Positions 59,515 through 64,000 of a stretch of DNA of 64,000 bases are shown piece after piece. Below the pieces are notes generated by a model. The model searched no databases and was not told the DNA's origin. It saw only the letters and a program-made list of their open reading frames with translations. The position numbers and the translations under genes were made by a program. Positions within the stretch are counted from its first letter, which is position 1, and the number at the start of each line of letters is the position of its first letter. Where the stretch lies: positions 1,115 through 65,114 of the forward strand of contig JBNMKU010000003.1 in assembly GCA_050874505.1 (NCBI GenBank). Reading direction: 5' to 3'. This stretch comes from Roseburia sp. (GTDB lineage Bacteria > Bacillota > Clostridia > Lachnospirales > Lachnospiraceae).

Positions 59515-59760
59515 TTACATTGGGCAACTTCTTCGAATTTCCCTATCCATGTCCCTTACATATCTTGCATTGAATGCCATGGTGCACTCTCTTAATTCCA
59601 TCTTTCCGTCAATGTATGGCTGGTACATATCCAAAATACCCCCGGCACATCCGTCGCAGGTCGCATCGATGTTACCTAATGAATCTGCCACGATCTTCTC
59701 GCGCTGTTCTCTTGTTGTGTTTGCAATTAAATATTCATCCATCTGTGTTCTTTCCTCCAT
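59515..59760 (-). CDS. Small Cys-containing hypothetical protein (CxxC)
   Basis: CDGC plus two more Cys; TAATG overlap with ohrR, or start at 59742 after GGAGG. Confidence 0.8.
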   Translation of the reverse strand: MEERTQMDEYLIANTTREQREKIVADSLGNIDATCDGCAGGILDMYQPYIDGKMELRECTMAFNARYVRDMDREIRRSCPM

Positions 59761-60191
59761 TAAAAACCTGCCAGGATCTTATGCAGGATCCGGTATAGTT
59801 CTGCTGCTTCCTCCGGCTCTAACTTTACGCATGCCGCCATCTGCTCCGGTACACACACTGCCTTTTCCCGCAACGCATCTCCCTGCTCTGTGATCGTGAC
59901 ATTTAACACACGCTCGTCCTCTTTTGACCGGTTTCGTTCCACCCAGCCTTTTTTCTCCATCGTCTTTAACAGTGGCGTAAGTGTTCCTGAATCCAGATAT
60001 AAATATTGTCCCAGTTCCTTTACAGTCACTTCCTTATGCTCCCACAAAACCATCATTGCAATATACTGTGTGTAGGTCATGTCCAGTTTATCCAGAAAAG
60101 GTTTGTAATGTCTGACGATCTCCTTTGATGCTGCATATAGTGGAAAGCATAGCTGATTTGCCAGTTTTAACCTGTCATACTTATTACTCAT
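59760..60191 (-). CDS. ohrR: MarR family redox sensor, OhrR-like
   Basis: QLCFPLYA reactive Cys, LDSGTLTPLLK, RSKEDER. Confidence 0.9.
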   Translation of the reverse strand: MSNKYDRLKLANQLCFPLYAASKEIVRHYKPFLDKLDMTYTQYIAMMVLWEHKEVTVKELGQYLYLDSGTLTPLLKTMEKKGWVERNRSKEDERVLNVTITEQGDALREKAVCVPEQMAACVKLEPEEAAELYRILHKILAGF

Positions 60192-60213
60192 TCTAAACCC
60201 GCCTTTTCATTTC

Positions 60214-60240
60214 ATTGTGCCCAACTAAATTAGTATAGCA
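60214..60240 (-). promoter_or_regulatory. ohrR extended -10 promoter with OhrR-like box
   Basis: TGCTATACT followed by the box at 60214-60225 (plus strand ATTGTGCCCAAC). Confidence 0.6.
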
Positions 60241-60262
60241 TTTTTCTTTCCGGTTTTCTATC

Positions 60263-60574
60263 TTAAATCTGAGATTTTACAAAATCAACAACGCCATCCT
60301 TCGGTAAAAATCCGACCTGCATGCCCGCTTTCTCTCCATCCTTTAAGACTACAAGTGCCGGGATGCTTGTTATGCCAAATTTCTGTGCAAGATCCGGATT
60401 TTCATCGACATCAACATTGTAAAAAGATACCACATCGCTCATTTGTTCGGACACTTCTTCGAGTACCGGTGCAAGCATCTTGCATGGTCCACACCAGGTT
60501 GCTGAAAAATCTACTACTGCTGCTTTCTTTTCTGTTACTTCGTTCCACTCTTTTTCTGAAATTTTCTTTACCAT
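60263..60574 (-). CDS. trxA: Thioredoxin
   Basis: WCGPC active site. Confidence 0.97.
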   Translation of the reverse strand: MVKKISEKEWNEVTEKKAAVVDFSATWCGPCKMLAPVLEEVSEQMSDVVSFYNVDVDENPDLAQKFGITSIPALVVLKDGEKAGMQVGFLPKDGVVDFVKSQI

Positions 60575-60597
60575 CTTTTTTTCTCCTTTATCGTTTC

Positions 60598-61470
60598 TTA
60601 TTTATTTGAGTTCCTGCTTTTGGCAAGATAACTTACTGCTGTCAATGCTGCGACATTTCCCTCTCCTGCCGCTTTGATATACTGATACGGCGCGCCGGTT
60701 ACATCCCCGCATGCGAACAGCCCCGGCAGATTGGTTTCAAGCTGTCTGTTTACAATCACCTGATTGTTGTCCATCGCAAGCCCCGGCACAAGCTGGGATG
60801 TTGCTATGCTTTCCCTTAAAATAAAGATACCATCTGTCTCTATGCTGCCCTCTTCTAATACCAGGTGCAGCCGCTCCGCGCCTTTTTCGATTGCGACCGG
60901 TTTTGCATCTGGAAGTACTTCGATCTTTGTGTGAAGTTTCTTTTCCTGCTCATACATCGGCAGGTAATATACTTTTTCTGCCAGCTCTGCCAGATACTCT
61001 GCTTCCTGCTCTTCCTCTTTGGAATAGCCTATGACCGTCACTGTTTTCCCTTTATACAGTGCCCCGTCACAGGTGGCGCAGTAGCTGACTCCCCTTCCGA
61101 GATTTTCCATCTCTCCCGGAAATGGCTTGGCTGTCGATACCCCACAGGCAAGTATGACCGCTTCTGCCTCATACATATCCCGGTGCCCCTGGATGGCAAA
61201 ATAACTGCCCATCGCATAGACCGCATTCACCCGGTCCTCTGTGATCGCAATGTCCATCTGCTCCAGATGTTTTAAAAACGCACTCTGCATCTGTTCGCCG
61301 GTTACTTCCGGCAATCCAAGGTAATTCTTTACCGTATGGGCTCTTTCTACCTTAAGGCTTAATTCCCTGCTGCCAAGCAGCAATATATTTTTATTTCTGA
61401 CCTTTGCTGTGATCGCTGCTTCCAGCCCAGCCGGTCCTGTTCCTATGATCGCTATGTCGTATCGTTCCAT
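60598..61470 (-). CDS. trxB: Flavin thioredoxin reductase, probably ferredoxin-dependent (FFTR type)
   Basis: IIGTGPAG FAD motif, YCATCD, GD; NADPH-binding GGGxxA and HRR motifs absent (VIGYSKEEEQE, YYLPMY). Confidence 0.88.
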   Translation of the reverse strand: MERYDIAIIGTGPAGLEAAITAKVRNKNILLLGSRELSLKVERAHTVKNYLGLPEVTGEQMQSAFLKHLEQMDIAITEDRVNAVYAMGSYFAIQGHRDMYEAEAVILACGVSTAKPFPGEMENLGRGVSYCATCDGALYKGKTVTVIGYSKEEEQEAEYLAELAEKVYYLPMYEQEKKLHTKIEVLPDAKPVAIEKGAERLHLVLEEGSIETDGIFILRESIATSQLVPGLAMDNNQVIVNRQLETNLPGLFACGDVTGAPYQYIKAAGEGNVAALTAVSYLAKSRNSNK

Positions 61471-61529
61471 CTCTGGCTCCATTCCGCAGGTGTTTTCCTG
61501 CTTCCCTTATTTTTTGCATTTCTCTCGTT

Positions 61530-62072
61530 TTATATAAGTTTCTCCACACATTTTTCTAATTCCTTCATGTCTGCCGTAGGCTCAAATCTTGCCACCACGT
61601 TTCCGTCTCTGTCTGCCACAAATTTGGTAAAGTTCCATTTGATATCCGGGTTGTTTTTATATCCTTTGTCCATCTTTTTAAGGAGCGCGTTCATGGCGAT
61701 CGCCTTTACTCCCTTTCCAAACCCTTCAAATCCTTTCTGTGACTTCAGATAAGTATATAATGGAATTTCATTTTTCCCATTTACATCTGCTTTTTTCATC
61801 TGTGGGAACTGTGTATTGTACTTCAAGGTGCAAAATTCATGGATCTCTTCATCCGTTCCCGGTGCCTGTCCTGCAAACTGATTGCATGGAATATCGATAA
61901 TCTCCAGTCCTTTTTCATGATATTTTTCATACATCGCTTCCAGCGGTTCATACTGTGGTGTGAACCCACATCCTGTCGCAGTATTTACAATGACCAGAAC
62001 TTTTCCCTTGAACTCTGCCAGGCTCTTTTTTTCTCCGTTTGCTGTTTCTACCGTATAATCGTAAATGTTCAC
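61530..62072 (-). CDS. Cys-type glutathione peroxidase family (Trx-dependent peroxidase)
   Basis: NTATGCGFTPQY, PCNQF, resolving FC, IKWNFTKF; GTG start after AAGGAG. Confidence 0.93.
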   Translation of the reverse strand: MNIYDYTVETANGEKKSLAEFKGKVLVIVNTATGCGFTPQYEPLEAMYEKYHEKGLEIIDIPCNQFAGQAPGTDEEIHEFCTLKYNTQFPQMKKADVNGKNEIPLYTYLKSQKGFEGFGKGVKAIAMNALLKKMDKGYKNNPDIKWNFTKFVADRDGNVVARFEPTADMKELEKCVEKLI

Positions 62073-62138
62073 TTGCGTACTCTCCTTTTCAATATAGTAG
62101 ATTTTGCCTTCTCTGACAAATCTATTGTCATAAATTAT

Positions 62139-62191
62139 ATTGTGCGCAACTTTTATATTTTGATTGTACGCAATCTTTTTCGTTTTGTCAA
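62139..62191 (-). promoter_or_regulatory. gpx SigA promoter with two OhrR-like boxes
   Basis: TTGACA-N17-TACAAT; ATTGTACGCAAT (62163-62174) overlaps the -10 and ATTGTGCGCAAC lies at 62139-62150. Confidence 0.78.
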
Positions 62192-62200
62192 TAACTATTT

Positions 62201-62380
62201 TTAAAAATTCCAATCCGAGCCTACATCCAGTCCATTGGCAGTCAGCCAGTCATCCTCGACCGACACCACTCTCGTCTGCTCCTGCTCATTGATCAGGGTA
62301 ACAGATACTTTCGGCTTTTCTCCTGGCTGCAATGCTTCGCATCCATAGTCTCCATCAAAGATATGCTTGATCTTCCACAT
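62201..62380 (-). CDS. Small 59-aa hypothetical protein (not in ORF track)
   Basis: MWKIKHIFDGDYGCEALQPGEKPKVSVTLINEQEQTRVVSVEDDWLTANGLDVGSDWNF*; GAGG upstream, 3 nt after the preceding stop. Confidence 0.78.
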   Translation of the reverse strand: MWKIKHIFDGDYGCEALQPGEKPKVSVTLINEQEQTRVVSVEDDWLTANGLDVGSDWNF

Positions 62381-62383
62381 AGG

Positions 62384-62557
62384 CTATGCCTCGATGGAAT
62401 ACTGCATCAGTTCATATTTCAGTTTGCAACCTTCGTAGATCTCTGCCGGAAGAAGTGCCCGCGCAACCAGTTTTAAATCCGGTGAGTCGATGTCTGTCCG
62501 CTTCAGATTGGCGTAATCGCCATCGATCGATACCACCTCATAATACCATGTTTCCAT
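62384..62557 (-). CDS. Small 57-aa hypothetical protein (not in ORF track)
   Basis: AAAGGAG RBS; METWYYEVVSIDGDYANLKRTDIDSPDLKLVARALLPAEIYEGCKLKYELMQYSIEA*. Confidence 0.82.
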   Translation of the reverse strand: METWYYEVVSIDGDYANLKRTDIDSPDLKLVARALLPAEIYEGCKLKYELMQYSIEA

Positions 62558-62575
62558 TTTTGTTCTCCTTTCTCT

Positions 62576-62866
62576 TTAACCTCTTACCCGAAATCCGCTT
62601 TCCTCTTCCACCAGAGGAAGCGTTTTTGCTTCTATGCCCTGTATCTCTACATAGGTTCCCTGCTCTACCATCTGTATCACGATGTCGATCTGTTCCTCCG
62701 TTCCCTGTATCTCCATCGACACCGCTCCATCCGGATCATTTCTCACCCAGCCGGTTGCTCCTACCCGGCTGGCGGCATGCTCTGCCCGGTAGCGAAATCC
62801 TACGCCCTGCACAAAGCCTCTTATTTTCAAATATTTTCTGATTATCCTGCTGTTATAGTCACTCAT
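62576..62866 (-). CDS. acyP: Acylphosphatase
   Basis: GFVQGVGFRY, GWVRN..DG. Confidence 0.93.
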   Translation of the reverse strand: MSDYNSRIIRKYLKIRGFVQGVGFRYRAEHAASRVGATGWVRNDPDGAVSMEIQGTEEQIDIVIQMVEQGTYVEIQGIEAKTLPLVEEESGFRVRG

Positions 62867-63273
62867 ATCACAATCCCATTGCAGTGATCTAGCTCATGCT
62901 GGATAATCTGCGCTGTCCAACCCGAGTATTTGCCATGCTGCTTTTTAAAATCTGCATCCAGATAGGTAACTTCAATCTCCCGATATCTCGTACAGGGTCT
63001 GACTCCATCCAGGGAAAGGCAGCCTTCCTCCGTCTGAAACGCTCCCGTTTTCTTTGTGATCACAGGATTGATCATAGCAAACTGAAATGGTCCGGCTGCC
63101 ACCACAATAATGTTTTTTCTCACACCGATCATGTTTGCTGCCATGCCAACACAGTGATCTAAGTTGGCGCGCAGCGTATCTAGCAGGTCTGTCACAACCT
63201 GTCGGTCCGCTTCCGTCGCATCCTCTGACTTCTGCGCTAAGAACAGCGGGTCACGCACTATCTTTTTTACCAT
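62863..63273 (-). CDS. def: Short peptide deformylase
   Basis: GMAANMIG, EGCLS, QHELDH. Confidence 0.9.
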   Translation of the reverse strand: MVKKIVRDPLFLAQKSEDATEADRQVVTDLLDTLRANLDHCVGMAANMIGVRKNIIVVAAGPFQFAMINPVITKKTGAFQTEEGCLSLDGVRPCTRYREIEVTYLDADFKKQHGKYSGWTAQIIQHELDHCNGIVI

Positions 63274-63288
63274 ATAGGTTTTCCTTTC

Positions 63289-63780
63289 TTAAATATAATG
63301 CACCCTGCTCTCGTCGTACCGGTTTTCCTGCTCCCGCTCCTCTGCCGGGTAACCGCATGGAACCAATGCAAACGCGTGAAGATGCTCCGGGATATTTAAC
63401 ACGTTTCGTACCGCATTCATTCTTGTCTCATCCGGGGAAATTCCCATCCAGACTGCTCCAAGTCCCAGATCATCTGCTTCCAGCAGGAGATTTTCTACCG
63501 CCGCACTCATATCGATATTAAAATATTCCGGTGCGATCCCTTCTGACCGGTAACACGGCACGAACACAAGTGGTGCTCCCTTTGCACATTTCGCATACGG
63601 CGAGCTCTCCGACAACTGTCCGATCACATTTTTATCTGTTACCACATAAAATTCCCATGGCTGCTGATTGCATGCAGACGGCGCAGCCATCGCAGCTTTT
63701 AACATCCGTTCGATCTTCTCCTGCTCCACGGGAGTATCCTTATATTTTCTTACACTGATCCTGTGAAAAATACTGTTCAT
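63289..63780 (-). CDS. Nitroreductase family protein
   Basis: RISVRKY, APSACNQQPWEF, LGLGAVW, GYP. Confidence 0.93.
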   Translation of the reverse strand: MNSIFHRISVRKYKDTPVEQEKIERMLKAAMAAPSACNQQPWEFYVVTDKNVIGQLSESSPYAKCAKGAPLVFVPCYRSEGIAPEYFNIDMSAAVENLLLEADDLGLGAVWMGISPDETRMNAVRNVLNIPEHLHAFALVPCGYPAEEREQENRYDESRVHYI

Positions 63781-63812
63781 ATCGTTGGTCCTTTCTTTTT
63801 CTTCTACAGAGA

Positions 63813-63998
63813 TTATTTTCCGGCTCTAAAATCTTCAATAAATTTTCTCAATGCTAAAACTGGCTTTTCACTAGCTGCACCAAGATTATAAGACCCCGGC
63901 CATGTTAACTTATAGTTACTACCATAGAACAAAATATCTTCTTTTTCAATTTGGTCAACTTCTATAGAATTATTTGCAAACTTTTGTTCATCCAGATC
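63813..63998 (-). CDS. 3' end of a CDS entering from beyond the window (unknown product)
   Basis: Open frame from the window edge, DLDEQKFANN...LRKFIEDFRAGK*, ending 32 nt before the nitroreductase start. Confidence 0.65.
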   Translation of the reverse strand, partial: DLDEQKFANNSIEVDQIEKEDILFYGSNYKLTWPGSYNLGAASEKPVLALRKFIEDFRAGK

Positions 63999-64000
63999 CC

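Noticed and set aside
61960-61980. Selenocysteine in the glutathione peroxidase
   Set aside because: The active-site codon is TGT (Cys)
62073-62213. 47-aa N-terminal extension of Gpx in the ORF track
   Set aside because: Covers the promoter and operators; GTG at 62072 has a strong RBS
62386-62841. 151-aa plus-strand ORF
   Set aside because: Antisense shadow of acyP and the 57-aa gene; no RBS and unnatural composition
360-63758. Numerous 60-200-aa ORFs overlapping identified genes on the opposite strand or in other frames
   Set aside because: No RBS or recognisable motifs; typical shadow ORFs
63906-63918. TAACT-TAT-AGTTA palindrome as a nitroreductase operator
   Set aside because: Lies inside the open frame of the upstream partial CDS and is short enough to be chance

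Overview
Chromosomal 64-kb segment from a Lachnospiraceae-like (Roseburia-type, motile, probably spore-forming) anaerobic Firmicute; this taxonomic call is inferred from gene content. Most genes are on the minus strand. It contains a split transketolase, recR/ybaB/dnaX, pfkA, tRNA-Pro(GGG), tRNA-Ser(CGA), an MCP, csoR-copA, flavodoxin-DUF3793, a small alarmone synthetase, pta, the large SRP RNA, tadA, perR with reverse rubrerythrin, metF-metE with an MtaR-like LysR, a NikMNQO/CbiMQO-type ECF transporter, a cat-like gene, an AraR-like regulator with a sugar ABC transporter, pgi, a galactoside (mgl) ABC transporter with a YesM/YesN system and two extra binding proteins, and an OhrR-Trx-FFTR-Gpx redox cluster. 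I saw no transposase, integrase, prophage or CRISPR array. Best leads: (1) a candidate programmed -1 frameshift (SD-like GGAG, 10 nt, G_GGA_AAG, early stop) right after the N-terminal metal-binding domain of copA, which would release a CopZ-like chaperone; (2) an A_AAA_AAG site in dnaX that could give a gamma-like product; (3) an in-frame amber codon clipping the AraR-like repressor; (4) an orphan promoter with a Rex-like box firing antisense toward the SRP locus; (5) a ferredoxin-dependent peroxide-defence module with an uncharacterised CxxC protein; (6) three small ORFs missed by the ORF track; (7) a nested REP-like repeat cluster. Family names come from motif recognition, not database searches.
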